A stretch of 64,000 nucleotides of DNA from Microcoleus sp. AS-A8 (GTDB lineage Bacteria; Cyanobacteriota; Cyanobacteriia; Cyanobacteriales; Coleofasciculaceae): contig JAMPKV010000010.1 of NCBI GenBank assembly GCA_039962225.1, forward strand, positions 265,924 through 329,923, written 5' to 3'. Positions 48,250 to 59,025 of this stretch are shown piece after piece. Made by a program: the position numbers and the translations under genes. How positions within the stretch are numbered: position 1 is the first letter of the stretch; every line of letters begins with the position of its first letter. Below the pieces are notes generated by a model. That model saw only the letters and a program-made list of their open reading frames with translations, was not told the DNA's origin and searched no databases.

Positions 48250-49227
48250 ATGAAAAGCCTTGAGGGCAGAGTGACATTGGTCACAGGTGCGACGCGGGGT
48301 CTGGGTAAGGGAATTGCCATTGGACTCGGTGAAGCCGGTGCAACGGTATACATCACAGGTCGCCGTCTTAATAGCTCTAATACCGAAAATGGCATACCAG
48401 GGAGTCTCAATGATACTCAATTAGCGGTGGAACAAGCCGGTGGTGTATGCATTCCCGTCTGTGTCGATCACAGTGACGACGAGCAAGTGCGTCTGCTGTT
48501 TGAGCGTATCCAAGACGAGCAGGGACAACTTGATTTGCTGGTGAATAATGCATACTCAGGAGTACAGGCATTAGGGGACGCGAATGGGAAGCCCTTCTGG
48601 GAGAGTGAACCGAGTTTTTGGGATGCTTGCAACAATGTGGGGCTTCGTAGCCATTATGTAGCGAGTGTTTTTGCGGCTCGAATGATGACCCAGCATCAGC
48701 AAGGACTGATTTGCACCATCTCCTCATGGGGGGGGATGTCTTACATTTTTGGTGTTCCCTATGGTGCAGGCAAAGCCGCCTGCGATCGCTTAGCGGCGGA
48801 GATGGCGGTTGAACTCAAGCAGCATAACGTTGCTTCACTCTCAATTTGGCCCGGTATTGTTGGTACTGAGTTCATTACCCGCTTTGCGGCTGAAATGGAT
48901 GACAGTAGGGAGGTTGATTCACAAAGCTCAGCCATCAAGGAGGGTTACAACTGGGAAACTCCCTTACTTACAGGACGGGCAATTGCGGCATTGGCGGCAG
49001 ACTCAACGGTAATGCGTCGCACCGGTCGGGTGCAGATTGTGGCTGAACTCGCTCAGCACTATGGACTGGTAGACAAAGACGGTAATCGCCCCGTATCATT
49101 TCGTTCTCTGCGTTTTCTCCTCCCCTTTGGCTTACCCACCCTGAGACAGTACCCATGGCTCGTACCCGATATTAAGGTACCGTGGTCGTTGCTACTCCTG
49201 AGGATGCTCAGTTCCCCTAAAATTTAA
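48250..49227 (+). CDS. SDR-family oxidoreductase
   Basis: TGATRGLGKGIA Rossmann motif. 325 aa. Confidence 0.8.
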   Translation: MKSLEGRVTLVTGATRGLGKGIAIGLGEAGATVYITGRRLNSSNTENGIPGSLNDTQLAVEQAGGVCIPVCVDHSDDEQVRLLFERIQDEQGQLDLLVNNAYSGVQALGDANGKPFWESEPSFWDACNNVGLRSHYVASVFAARMMTQHQQGLICTISSWGGMSYIFGVPYGAGKAACDRLAAEMAVELKQHNVASLSIWPGIVGTEFITRFAAEMDDSREVDSQSSAIKEGYNWETPLLTGRAIAALAADSTVMRRTGRVQIVAELAQHYGLVDKDGNRPVSFRSLRFLLPFGLPTLRQYPWLVPDIKVPWSLLLLRMLSSPKI

Positions 49228-49254
49228 CCCAAGCGCTAAGAGGGAACTTGCGAT

Positions 49255-50082
49255 ATGACCCAGCTACGCGAAGCAGTGGTGTTAATTACGGGTGCAACCG
49301 GTGGCTTCGGACAGGAACTCACGCGACAGTTATTGAGGGCGGGTAGCCGATTAATCCTCACAGATCTGGATAAAGTCGTTCTATATCAACGGGCTGAGTC
49401 CATTTGGGGGGAAGTTGCAACGGGTGAGGTACTCGCTTGCCTAACTGCCGATTTGGCTTCCCGTGAAGGTTGTGAATCGCTTTATCACCAAGTCAAAGCC
49501 CTGGGCATTCCTGTGGATGTTTTAATTAACAATGCTGGGATCGCCGTGGTGGGTCATGTCAACGAAGTTCCGTTAGAGCCATGGGAACAACTGATGCAGG
49601 TGAACTTAATGGCACCCATGCGATTAAGCGCCTTATTTGTGGTTGATATGATTGCTCGTCAAAAGGGGCATATTGTTAATATTTCATCGATCGCAGGCTG
49701 GGCGGCACCGCCTGGGCTAACTCATTACGCCGCCAGCAAATTTGGGTTACGGGGATTTAGCGAAGGACTTTTCGATGAAGTTAAGGATTACAACGTTAAG
49801 GTGACAGCCGTTTATCCGTTTTTTAGCCGCACCCCGATTCTACAATCGAAGCGGTATGGAACACTGGCCCAGAGGAGCCAGGATTTACCAGAAAACTGGA
49901 TAACCGAGCCAGCAAACGTTATGCGGGAAACGATTCAAGGAATTATTCGCGATCAATTGCACGTATTTCCCGATTCAGTCGCTAAAAATATCCACTTTTT
50001 CAAACGATATGCTCCCGGATTTTTGGACTGGATTAGCAACGAGTTCACTAGGAGACTAAAAAGTGGTACAGGTCGTCACTAA
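49255..50082 (+). CDS. SDR-family oxidoreductase
   Basis: ITGATGGFGQELTRQLL, NNAG, and YAASK catalytic Tyr-x3-Lys. Confidence 0.8.
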   Translation: MTQLREAVVLITGATGGFGQELTRQLLRAGSRLILTDLDKVVLYQRAESIWGEVATGEVLACLTADLASREGCESLYHQVKALGIPVDVLINNAGIAVVGHVNEVPLEPWEQLMQVNLMAPMRLSALFVVDMIARQKGHIVNISSIAGWAAPPGLTHYAASKFGLRGFSEGLFDEVKDYNVKVTAVYPFFSRTPILQSKRYGTLAQRSQDLPENWITEPANVMRETIQGIIRDQLHVFPDSVAKNIHFFKRYAPGFLDWISNEFTRRLKSGTGRH

Positions 50083-51412
50083 CTCTCTTCAAGCTCCACA
50101 GAGGCTTGATACGACTCAAAAACATTTAATTATTGGCGCGGGTTTTGTCGGCTTAGGCATGGCTCAAGCCCTGAAAGCGGCTGGTATTCCATACGACCAA
50201 GTTGATGCCAGTGATGATATCGGCGGTAATTGGTATCACGGTGTCTACGAAACCGCGCATATTATTTCATCGCGCAAGATTACCCAATTTACTCATTTCC
50301 CCATGCCGGAGGATTATCCCGACTTTCCCAGCGCTCAAAACATGCGGGATTATCTGAATGCTTTTGCTGATCATTTTGAATTACGTGAGCCTATCGAACT
50401 TAATCGTACAGTTAGTGATGTGCGACCCATTGAAAATAACCTCTGGGAAGTCACTTTTGCTGATGGGGAACAACGAATCTATAAAGGGGTATTAGTCTGC
50501 AACGGGCATCACTGGTGCAAACGTTTTCCCAAATTTGAGGGAGAATTTAGCGGAGAGATTATCCATTCCAAAGATTACAAACGACCCGAACAGTTGCGTG
50601 GTAAACGAGTTTTGGTGATTGGTGGCGGGAACTCAGCCTGTGATATCGCAGCAGAAGCGGCACGGGTAGGAGCCAAGTGTGTTTTGAGTATGCGCGAATC
50701 GGTATGGTTCATCCCTAAAACCTTTGCCGGGGTTCCGGTTGCCGATTTGGGTAAATCATGGATGCCACCGCTGCCAGCATGGTTCGGTCGCTTAATGGTG
50801 TATTGGGTGATACGCCTGACATTTGGTCAGCACTCCGACTATGGTTTACCCAAACCCAACCATCGAATTTTCGAGAAACACCCAACTCTCAACAGTGAGG
50901 TACCGTACTACATCAAACATGGTCGTATTATTCCCAAGCCTGCTGTGCGTCAGCTTAATGGTTGGAACGTTGAGTTTGTCGATGGTAGTTGTGAGGAATT
51001 TGACTTAATTGTTTGTGCAACGGGCTTTTACGTTGCCTACCCCTTCTTAGCTCAAGAACTTCAGCGGGTTGAAGGAGCGGTCGTTAAATGTTATGGGGGT
51101 TCGTTTCTTGACGACTACAAGGGACTTTATTACATCGGTTGGGAACAAATTCGGGGAGGGGTTGGCTCGCTCGTTGCAGCTTATGGTCCACTGTTCGCCC
51201 GTTATCTCAAACTCCAGGATGAAATCAATGTGCCGCTTGGTTTAGTTTTCAAAGAAATGGGGCAACAGCTACCGACAACCCATCTCGCCGATCCACAAAA
51301 GATTTTTAGACAATTCCAGGCTGCTAACGCCTCCTTTAACAAGATTGTCAAAAAAGCCCATCAAGTTGATGCCCAATATCCCAACTTTAGTAACCGCCCA
51401 CTCCAAAAGTAA
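50063..51412 (+). CDS. Flavin-containing monooxygenase-like FAD/NAD(P)-binding oxidoreductase
   Basis: Two dinucleotide-binding motifs, IIGAGFVGLG and VIGGGNSACD. It overlaps the preceding SDR by 20 nt (operon-like). Confidence 0.75.
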   Translation: MVQVVTNSLQAPQRLDTTQKHLIIGAGFVGLGMAQALKAAGIPYDQVDASDDIGGNWYHGVYETAHIISSRKITQFTHFPMPEDYPDFPSAQNMRDYLNAFADHFELREPIELNRTVSDVRPIENNLWEVTFADGEQRIYKGVLVCNGHHWCKRFPKFEGEFSGEIIHSKDYKRPEQLRGKRVLVIGGGNSACDIAAEAARVGAKCVLSMRESVWFIPKTFAGVPVADLGKSWMPPLPAWFGRLMVYWVIRLTFGQHSDYGLPKPNHRIFEKHPTLNSEVPYYIKHGRIIPKPAVRQLNGWNVEFVDGSCEEFDLIVCATGFYVAYPFLAQELQRVEGAVVKCYGGSFLDDYKGLYYIGWEQIRGGVGSLVAAYGPLFARYLKLQDEINVPLGLVFKEMGQQLPTTHLADPQKIFRQFQAANASFNKIVKKAHQVDAQYPNFSNRPLQK

Positions 51413-51417
51413 AAAAA

Positions 51418-51450
51418 CCTGGCTTCCAGAGCCAGGTTATGGTTCGATTC
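51418..51450 (+). terminator. Terminator candidate after the FMO gene
   Basis: CCTGGC-TTCCAGA-GCCAGG followed by TTATGGTTCGATTCT. Confidence 0.4.
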
Positions 51451-51861
51451 TCGCTTCCAATTTCTCAATCTCCTCACAAACCAGCGGCTTTTAACCGCTC
51501 TTCGTGGTATTTCCATCTAACGTCCACTGCCCCGATTGTCATCCTCGTCCTCATACCCACCAGTAAGAGTGCTGAGTAACGGGTTATATACAACAAGGGT
51601 AGGGTTTTCACGCCAAACCCCTGAACGGGATTGTACTGGAAACCCGGTCACGTAGTTGCACATTAGGAAATCTCCTATCTGAATTTCTAAAGCTTTTTTC
51701 AGATCAAGGGTGATGAATCAGGATAATCGCCAAAGCGCGCAATATTTCGTAATACATTCAACGGCTTCGTGAATTCAGTGGAGAATCCCCGCCTTTATGC
51801 GTGGGTGAGTGTCAATATAGATACAGTTCTGATCATTCCGACTCATTAGTTGTAGCCGTCC

Positions 51862-53205
51862 ATGAGCACTTCTCGCCGTCGCTATCACATCACCACCTTC
51901 GGCTGCCAGATGAACAAAGCCGACTCGGAGCGCATGGCTGGCATCCTAGAAGATATGGGCTTCGAGTGGTCTCAAGACCCCAACGACGCTAACTTAGTTC
52001 TTTACAACACCTGTACAATTCGGGATAACGCCGAGCAAAAGGTTTATTCTTACCTAGGAAGGCAGGCAAAGCGCAAGCACGAACAAGCTGATTTAACTCT
52101 TGTGGTGGCTGGATGTGTTGCCCAGCAAGAAGGAGAAGCCTTGCTGCGTCGAGTCCCAGAACTCGATTTGGTGATGGGACCGCAACATGCCAATCGTCTC
52201 CAGGATTTGCTGGAACAAGTATTCGATGGCAACCAAGTTGTTGCCACAGAACCGATTCAGATTGTGGAAGACATCACCAAACCTCGCCGCGATAGTACGG
52301 TTACGGCTTGGGTGAATGTGATTTACGGTTGCAATGAGCGCTGCACATACTGTGTGGTTCCCAACGTTCGGGGGGTTGAGCAATCCCGCACTCCAGAGGC
52401 GATTCGTGCAGACATGGAGGAACTAGGGCGACAGGGTTACAAGGAAATCACCCTACTCGGTCAAAATATCGATGCTTACGGACGCGATCTCCCCGGCGTC
52501 ACCGAGTCTGGACGACACCAACACACCTTAACCGAGCTCTTGTATTACGTTCACGATGTGCCAGGAATTGAGCGCATCCGTTTTGCTACCAGCCATCCTC
52601 GCTACTTTACTGAACGCTTGATTCGCGCTTGTGCCGAGTTGCCCAAGGTGTGTGAACATTTTCACATTCCCTTTCAGTCGGGGGATAACGATATCCTGAA
52701 AGCCATGGCACGGGGTTACACTCAGGAAAAATATCGCCGGATTATTGATAAGATTCGCGAGTACATGCCGGATGCATCGATTAGTGCCGATGCGATTGTG
52801 GGTTTTCCTGGGGAAACGGAAGCACAGTTTGAGAATACCCTCAAGCTCGTGGACGATATCGGTTTTGATTTGCTCAATACGGCGGCTTATTCTCCCCGTC
52901 CCGGTACTCCCGCTGCACTGTGGGAGAATCAACTGAGTGAAGAGGTCAAAAGCGATCGCCTCCAGCGGCTCAATCACCTGGTTTCTACAAAAGCCGCTCA
53001 AGCGTCGCAACGTTACTTCGGACGGATTGAAGAGGTTCTCGTGGAAGACCAAAATCTCAAAGATCCCACCCAAGTCATGGGACGCACGAGCGGTAATCGC
53101 CTCACCTTCTTTACAGGCGATATTAAAGAACTTAAAGGTCAACTGGTGAAGGTCGAAATTACTGAAATTCGAGCCTTCAGTTTAACGGGTAGGCGGTTGC
53201 ATTAA
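51862..53205 (+). CDS. miaB: tRNA-2-methylthio-N6-dimethylallyladenosine synthase
   Basis: [29 protein letters not shown]..., radical-SAM CxxxCxxC ([11 protein letters not shown]), and a TRAM C-terminus. Confidence 0.9.
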   Translation: MSTSRRRYHITTFGCQMNKADSERMAGILEDMGFEWSQDPNDANLVLYNTCTIRDNAEQKVYSYLGRQAKRKHEQADLTLVVAGCVAQQEGEALLRRVPELDLVMGPQHANRLQDLLEQVFDGNQVVATEPIQIVEDITKPRRDSTVTAWVNVIYGCNERCTYCVVPNVRGVEQSRTPEAIRADMEELGRQGYKEITLLGQNIDAYGRDLPGVTESGRHQHTLTELLYYVHDVPGIERIRFATSHPRYFTERLIRACAELPKVCEHFHIPFQSGDNDILKAMARGYTQEKYRRIIDKIREYMPDASISADAIVGFPGETEAQFENTLKLVDDIGFDLLNTAAYSPRPGTPAALWENQLSEEVKSDRLQRLNHLVSTKAAQASQRYFGRIEEVLVEDQNLKDPTQVMGRTSGNRLTFFTGDIKELKGQLVKVEITEIRAFSLTGRRLH

Positions 53206-53412
53206 AGACGAGTTAATACTCAATTAACCGAATAATTACATCAGTCAGAAGGCATACATTTATGTACCTTCTCTTTTTGAGTAACTTCAGAACCAGGGAT
53301 TCCCTGTACTCTTCTGCGGCAATATTTCTCTGACAACAAAAAAATAAGTTGATTATAATCAGACTAAATTAAAGTTAAATTTCGGTTAAAGTCTGGCTAA
53401 GGAGGAGAGATA

Positions 53413-54084
53413 TTGAACATGAGTGCAAAACTGCATACTCAACTGAAGAGTCTCTTGCCAATACTTCTTGGGCTGTATACACCAATGCTAATTCTAGTGG
53501 CAATGATTGTATTGGTTGGTCTTCAGCTCAGCATCCCCATGGCTGATTTGACACGCGATCCCTCGGCGACGACAGGAGACAGTCCCTTTATTGGAGCACT
53601 TTCCAATTTTGGGGTCTTATTTTGGTGTGCTTCTGTAGCGATCTGTTTTTTCACTTTTGCACTGCTACAAACAACAGGAAGCCTAGGGAGATTTTCATCT
53701 TTTTTTCTGTTTGGTGGTTTGATTTCTTTCATTCTATTGCTGGATGATTTATTTCTTTTTCATGAAACCGTATTTCCGCTTTATTTGAATATACCTGAAA
53801 AACTTGTTTTTCTGAGTTATGGATTAATGATAATAGGGTATGTAGTCCGATTTAGAAAGTTAATTTTACAGACAGATTTTATTTTCCTGATTTTGGCTTT
53901 TGGTCTATTTGGATTATCAATAGTTATCGATCTTTTAGAATTAAAAATATCCATCCTGTTTGAAGATGGCTCTAAGTTATTTGGCATTGTCAGTTGGTTC
54001 GGTTATTTCGCTATAACCTGCTTTCGGGTGGTGAAACAGATTACACTTCAACCTGCTGAAAAAAAGGAACAACGCTTCTCTTAA
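53413..54084 (+). CDS. Hypothetical integral membrane protein (low-GC gene)
   Basis: 223 aa, about 6 TM, no motifs recognised. Confidence 0.5.
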   Translation: MNMSAKLHTQLKSLLPILLGLYTPMLILVAMIVLVGLQLSIPMADLTRDPSATTGDSPFIGALSNFGVLFWCASVAICFFTFALLQTTGSLGRFSSFFLFGGLISFILLLDDLFLFHETVFPLYLNIPEKLVFLSYGLMIIGYVVRFRKLILQTDFIFLILAFGLFGLSIVIDLLELKISILFEDGSKLFGIVSWFGYFAITCFRVVKQITLQPAEKKEQRFS

Positions 54085-54609
54085 ACAAAAAGGCAATATT
54101 GGCCTAAGCTGTGGTGCATTTAATTGGTGAGTTCGGTTTCAGCCTTTCTCTTTTGGGATGGGAAGGATAGCCCGTCCAAACGATGCAATGTTTTATGCCG
54201 ATTAGCTGACTCAAGAACTGGTGCTATCTAATATATCCCTTAGAAGGCTTCAACCACTCCATTGAGTGAGAAGATCTGTGCATGGCGGCATAAGACAGAC
54301 GTTTTTTACTAGTTTTTTGGATACTCCTAAAAACTTTCTCCCATCCTCTACTCTCATCTCTGCCCCCACTCCCCCCCGCTGCATGGCGGCGTGCAGCTAG
54401 GAGATTTGAGTCAATAGCACCTTACTGTCGCTCTCGAAGTACAATGACGGCAACCCTCCTAAGCCAGAACCTCTGGGGACACACCGCAGGTTGGAATCGG
54501 AGAAATTTGCTGGAATTGACATATAGAGTGCTAAAACCTGGAAATATAGACAAAACGAGCCATGAAATGCTAACCAGGTTCTTTGGGGGCTAATAGAGGT
54601 TAAACGCAA

Positions 54610-56316
54610 ATGGGGCAACTGAACAAACAATCGGATGATAGGGGAGCAAGCGATTCGCAGGCAGCAGAAGATCTTTTAAGAGCCATGACTCAAGATATTG
54701 AGCACCTGCGGCAAAATCTCCTGAGTCAGTTAGCTCAAGATGTTGAGCGGCTCCAGAGAGAAAAATCTCAGTTGATTGAGGACATTGAACAGCTAAAGGC
54801 TCAGCGTCAGCAGCAGCTTTTCCAACAACAGATTGATCGTGTCCCCAGTGCGGGGTTCTCGCCAAACGTAATAGCCGAAGTTCACAATGAGAATATAGAG
54901 CAATTGATTGCCTCTTTGGATTCAACCCTGAGAGCAACCTTTAGAAGCCTACAACAAGACCTTAAGAGCTATCAAAGTTCCCTCTCCCAGCAGTTGGGTG
55001 AGATGTACAGTCTAGAGAAGCAAGGCGAAGCCATCTTAGAGACGCTGGTTAATCGTCTGAGGAAAGAAGTTTCATCCCAATCTTCTGCTACAAAGAACTC
55101 TTCACTGTCTTCACCGCCAGCACACCCCAATGTTTCTTTACCCCGCCGCGACATACCTGGGTATCTGGAGGAAGATCATCATTACAACAGCTTTAACGTC
55201 TCATATCCTTCTGAGCAATCCATCCCAGCCGTACCATCAATTCCAGCACCAGAGTCGCTGACGACTGCCCCCCAGCCTCAAGCCTCCTCTAAGCCTAAGC
55301 GGGGGTTGGTGGGTGGGTTAGTCATGGGGTTTGTTCTGGTTCTGTTGTCCTTCCTGCTGCAAGCGTTCCAGAACATTGTTATTAGTGTAATTTTCAATAA
55401 GTCCCCTATTTTGGGGCTATTTGAATTCGGAGGATTGTTAGTTCCCAGCGCGGGCAATTCGCTGCTGATTTTGTGGTTGCGAATGCTTGTGGTAGTACCT
55501 TTGATGGCGATTTTAGCGATGGTTCGCTATCCATCGGTGTGGCGAGAAATTGGCCAATTTGCGCGCTCAAAAGACTGGCTGTTATTTTTCAATGTTTTGG
55601 CAAGTGGCTTTTTTCTGTTTTTATCTCAGGCGCTACTGTATTTGGCTTTGGGGCCTATTGCTCCAGGGGTTGCCCTGACAATTTTCTTTATCTATCCGAT
55701 CTTTACTCTGTTATTAGCGTGGGTGCTGTATGGTAGGCGACCGACGCTCATTAGTAACCTCGTTATTTTCAGTGTTTTGGTCGGGTTTGTGCTGATTACC
55801 CTTCCCGGTACTAGAACAACGGAACTTTCCAGTTTAGGTATTAGTGCGGCGGCGGGTGCGGGTGTCGCCTTTGCTTTTCATCTCATCCTGACGCGAATTC
55901 CTGCTAAGAAGATTAACCCCGTCCCTTTGATGTGGATTAATTATGTCCTCCTCCTTACTTTTGCTGGTTTGTGTTTAGCCGGACCCTTTCCGCAATCCTG
56001 GTGGCGTTTCGATGTCGCTCCCACGATGTGGCCTAGTCTAATCATCAGCAGTTTAGTATTAGGGGGTATTACGTTCTTGATCAATCTGCTAAGTAACATG
56101 GGGCTGAGACGGATCGATCCACGTCGAGCCTTAATTCTGGAAGCAACAGTTCCTGCTTTAACAGGGCTCTTAGCTCTGGGGATCGTGCAAAGCACCATGC
56201 AGGGGTCGCAAATCTTTGGAATGGTGATTGTTACCTTGGGAGTTGTTGCTCTGAATTTTGAGCAGCGACGTCGCCATGCCCAAGCCGCTCAATCGGCCTC
56301 GCGATCGCAAAAATAA
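54610..56316 (+). CDS. DMT-superfamily (EamA-like) transporter with a ~230-aa N-terminal coiled-coil/low-complexity extension
   Basis: N-terminal coiled-coil (LSQLAQDVERLQREKSQLIEDIEQLKAQRQQQ), then about 10 TM helices with EamA-like organisation. Confidence 0.6.
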   Translation: MGQLNKQSDDRGASDSQAAEDLLRAMTQDIEHLRQNLLSQLAQDVERLQREKSQLIEDIEQLKAQRQQQLFQQQIDRVPSAGFSPNVIAEVHNENIEQLIASLDSTLRATFRSLQQDLKSYQSSLSQQLGEMYSLEKQGEAILETLVNRLRKEVSSQSSATKNSSLSSPPAHPNVSLPRRDIPGYLEEDHHYNSFNVSYPSEQSIPAVPSIPAPESLTTAPQPQASSKPKRGLVGGLVMGFVLVLLSFLLQAFQNIVISVIFNKSPILGLFEFGGLLVPSAGNSLLILWLRMLVVVPLMAILAMVRYPSVWREIGQFARSKDWLLFFNVLASGFFLFLSQALLYLALGPIAPGVALTIFFIYPIFTLLLAWVLYGRRPTLISNLVIFSVLVGFVLITLPGTRTTELSSLGISAAAGAGVAFAFHLILTRIPAKKINPVPLMWINYVLLLTFAGLCLAGPFPQSWWRFDVAPTMWPSLIISSLVLGGITFLINLLSNMGLRRIDPRRALILEATVPALTGLLALGIVQSTMQGSQIFGMVIVTLGVVALNFEQRRRHAQAAQSASRSQK

Positions 56317-56423
56317 AGGTGCGATCGCTGGCTATCATGCGAATCTTATCGACTAGGAAGTACTGTGCCATCAGATGTCCTAGTCAAATATTCTATGGTT
56401 TGGCTATTAGCCACGATAAGGAA

Positions 56424-56510
56424 CGGAGAGAGAGGGATTCGAACCCTCGTTAGAGTCACCCCTAAACAGCATTTCCAGTGCTGCGCCTTCAACCGCTCGG
56501 CCATCTCTCC
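56424..56510 (-). tRNA. tRNA-Ser (anticodon GGA)
   Basis: Minus-strand read: GGAGAGATGGCCGAGCGGTTGAAGGCGCAGCACTGGAAATGCTG...GGGTTCGAATCCCTCTCTCTCCG. Acceptor stem GGAGAGA/TCTCTCC, D-arm GCC..GGC, anticodon loop CTGGAAA, long variable arm, T-loop GGTTCGAATCC. Confidence 0.85.
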
Positions 56511-56566
56511 AGGGGAGTTATTCATTGCAGGTTTTGAATTAAGCTAATTCAGCACCCGGTTTCTAA

Positions 56567-56950
56567 TTGTACACTAAAGTGATGACTAAATCCTATAAAG
56601 TTCAAATTCATCATCGCCAAGCTGGTACTCATCATATAGTACAAGTGCCAGATGACCGATATATCTTGCAAGCGGCAGAGAATCAGGGCGTGAAACTGCC
56701 GTTTGCGTGTCGCAATGGAGCTTGCACCACCTGTGCCGTCCGGGTTCTGCGTGGTGAAGTTTACCAGCCAGAAGCCATGGGACTTTCTCCAAATCTGCGC
56801 GACCAAGGCTATGCTCTGTTGTGTGTGAGTTATCCTCGCTCCGACCTGGAGGTGGAGACGCAGGATGAAGACGAAGTCTATGAACTTCAGTTTGGTCGCT
56901 ATTTTGCCAAAGGCAAGGTGCAGTTTGGACTGCCACTGGATGAGGATTAA
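56567..56950 (+). CDS. Plant-type 2Fe-2S ferredoxin-like protein (likely start ATG 56582)
   Basis: Cys pattern CRNGACTTCAVRVL...LLC matching the CxxxxCxxC...C 2Fe-2S ligands. Confidence 0.8.
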   Translation: MYTKVMTKSYKVQIHHRQAGTHHIVQVPDDRYILQAAENQGVKLPFACRNGACTTCAVRVLRGEVYQPEAMGLSPNLRDQGYALLCVSYPRSDLEVETQDEDEVYELQFGRYFAKGKVQFGLPLDED

Positions 56951-57152
56951 GGTGGACAACAGAGGAGGACTCATACAATTGGGCATGAAACTTGCCCGAT
57001 TCGATTGTCTGCAACTCCCGACTGGTGAGGTTTCCCAAATCCAAGATCTACAACTTTCGCCTTCTAAGGAGTGTAAGGAGAGTCATCTCTCCCTCCAGGG
57101 CCTCCACTCTCTCCTGTGTCCCCACAGTCTTCACGCTCTGCGGAAGGAGTGT

Positions 57153-57704
57153 TTGCTTTTGCTGAGGCTATTGAGCCTGTTATGCTGCTGTCTCTTTTTA
57201 TTAGTGGGTTGCCAATCCTCCCCTGTGCCCACGGGAAGAACCGTAACCGTTCAGGTGCAGCGAGTTGTCAGTGGACAAACGCTAGATGTATTGAACCCAA
57301 CCCAGCAAACCGCCTTGATAGAGCGGGTACGATTGATTGGGATTGAGGCACCCGATTTAAAGCAAGAGCCTTGGGGATCAGCAGCCAAAAATCGCTTTGA
57401 GCAAATGATTAGCAAAACGGCTAATCAGCCGCTTGTCTTACAACCTGTTTCCTTGGAACCGGATGTCCAAGAGAAAGACAGCACAGGTCGCTGGCTCGCC
57501 TATGTCTGGTACGATGGCGTCTTAATCAATGAGCAATTGGTAAAAGAAGGGTATGTGTTAGCCGCACCGCGATTGCCTAACCAAAAATACGATGATCGCC
57601 TTGCTCGTGCCCAGGAATATGCCAGACTCATGGGATATGGCATCTGGAATTTAGACCAACCCATGCGTTTGACCCCAGCCGAATTTCGTCGCCAAAATCC
57701 TTAA
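57153..57704 (+). CDS. Staphylococcal-nuclease (SNase/thermonuclease)-like lipoprotein, probable TTG start
   Basis: The TTG at 57153 is in frame and gives MLLLRLLSLLCCCLFLLVGC-QSS (signal peptide + lipobox). The SNase-like core is VQRVVSGQTLDV...VRLIGIEAPDLKQEPWGSAAKNRFEQMI...RWLAYVWYDGVLINEQLVKEGY. The long ORF from 56865 overlaps the ferredoxin gene and is probably an ORF-caller extension. Confidence 0.6.
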   Translation: MLLLRLLSLLCCCLFLLVGCQSSPVPTGRTVTVQVQRVVSGQTLDVLNPTQQTALIERVRLIGIEAPDLKQEPWGSAAKNRFEQMISKTANQPLVLQPVSLEPDVQEKDSTGRWLAYVWYDGVLINEQLVKEGYVLAAPRLPNQKYDDRLARAQEYARLMGYGIWNLDQPMRLTPAEFRRQNP

Positions 57705-57965
57705 CGTTGCGCTGACGATGGGATTAGTGTTTAGCCCGCTTGGCGGGTAGACGACAAAAACGAAGAGAATTTTGGCTTAGGGTTCATCTCAATCACTTTT
57801 GTCTGTTCTGATGAGATTTGAGCCTTCCAAGATCCATTCAAAAGCTTCCGTGTAATGCCTCTTGGGAGGATAATGAGTGGGTGAGTGATAACCCTACTCT
57901 CCACTAATCCCTAATCATTCCACTCGCAGCGTTATTCCTGAATTGGTGTTCTAAGCTATTTAAAG

Positions 57966-58790
57966 ATGAGCCAACATACACCCCAACAACTGCAAATCTT
58001 CCTGGACATTGCCACCGAAGCCGCTATGGCAGCAGGGGCTATCTTGAAAGACTACTGGGGTAAGTTAGACGAAATAGAGGAAAAAGGACGTCCCGGAGAC
58101 TTAGTGACGGTTGCCGATAAAGACGCTGAAGTAGCCATTCTCAAAGTGTTACAGCGTCATGTTCCCCATCACTCTATCCTAGCCGAGGAATCCGGTCAGC
58201 TAGGGGATAACCAGAATGAATATTTGTGGGCGATCGATCCCCTGGATGGGACTACCAATTACGCTCATCAGTACCCCGTTGCGGCTGTCTCTGTCGGACT
58301 CCTGATTTCCGGAATACCTGAGGTTGGAGCGATTTATAATCCCTTTCGTGATGAGCTATTTCGTGCGGCCACGGGTTTAGGAGCGACTCGCAATCGACGC
58401 CCAATTCAAGTGTCTCAAACATCCGACCTGAGTAAAAGCCTACTCGTCACCGGCTTTGCCTACGATCGACGCGAGACTTCTGATAACAACTATGCTGAAT
58501 TCTGTCACCTCACCCACCTCACCCAAGGCGTCCGCCGTAGCGGTGCCGCCTCCATCGATCTAGCCGATGTGGCCTGCGGAAGACTGGATGGGTACTGGGA
58601 ACGGGGACTTTCTCCCTGGGATATCGTTGCTGGGGTCGTGTTGGTAGAAGAAGCTGGTGGGAAAGTGACCGCTTACGACGGCAGCCCCTTAAAGATTGAT
58701 TCGGGTCGGATTCTAGCCACCAATGTGCATCTGCACGAACAGATGAGTACTGAGCTGTTACAGGTGCCCCCTCTTTCTGGGTGGAAATAA
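57966..58790 (+). CDS. Inositol monophosphatase family protein
   Basis: WAIDPLDGTTNYAHQYP and GAASIDLADVACGRLDGYWE motifs. Confidence 0.85.
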   Translation: MSQHTPQQLQIFLDIATEAAMAAGAILKDYWGKLDEIEEKGRPGDLVTVADKDAEVAILKVLQRHVPHHSILAEESGQLGDNQNEYLWAIDPLDGTTNYAHQYPVAAVSVGLLISGIPEVGAIYNPFRDELFRAATGLGATRNRRPIQVSQTSDLSKSLLVTGFAYDRRETSDNNYAEFCHLTHLTQGVRRSGAASIDLADVACGRLDGYWERGLSPWDIVAGVVLVEEAGGKVTAYDGSPLKIDSGRILATNVHLHEQMSTELLQVPPLSGWK

Positions 58791-59025
58791 TTTTGATAGG
58801 TATTTCACGCAGATGGGAATAATCTAATTAGTAACCCATGAACTTTCAGAACGCCGCTAACTATGAAAAGCTATTTCCCATAGTAGCCAAACAATGTTCT
58901 GATAAAAATGACATAGCTTTATGGTGCCTTGATAAACCAAGACAAGGTGATAAAGTTAGCGATTATAGCAGAAATTAAGACATACTAGAAACAATTATTT
59001 TGGCACGGAGCTTGGACAAACCCCT

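Noticed and set aside
56365-56547. 60-aa plus-strand ORF
   Set aside because: It lies entirely over the tRNA-Ser(GGA) gene on the opposite strand.
57116-57346. 76-aa ORF (MSPQSSRSAEG...)
   Set aside because: It is an alternative frame over the signal-peptide and N-terminal region of the SNase-like nuclease gene. The nuclease frame is supported by conserved catalytic-core sequence.
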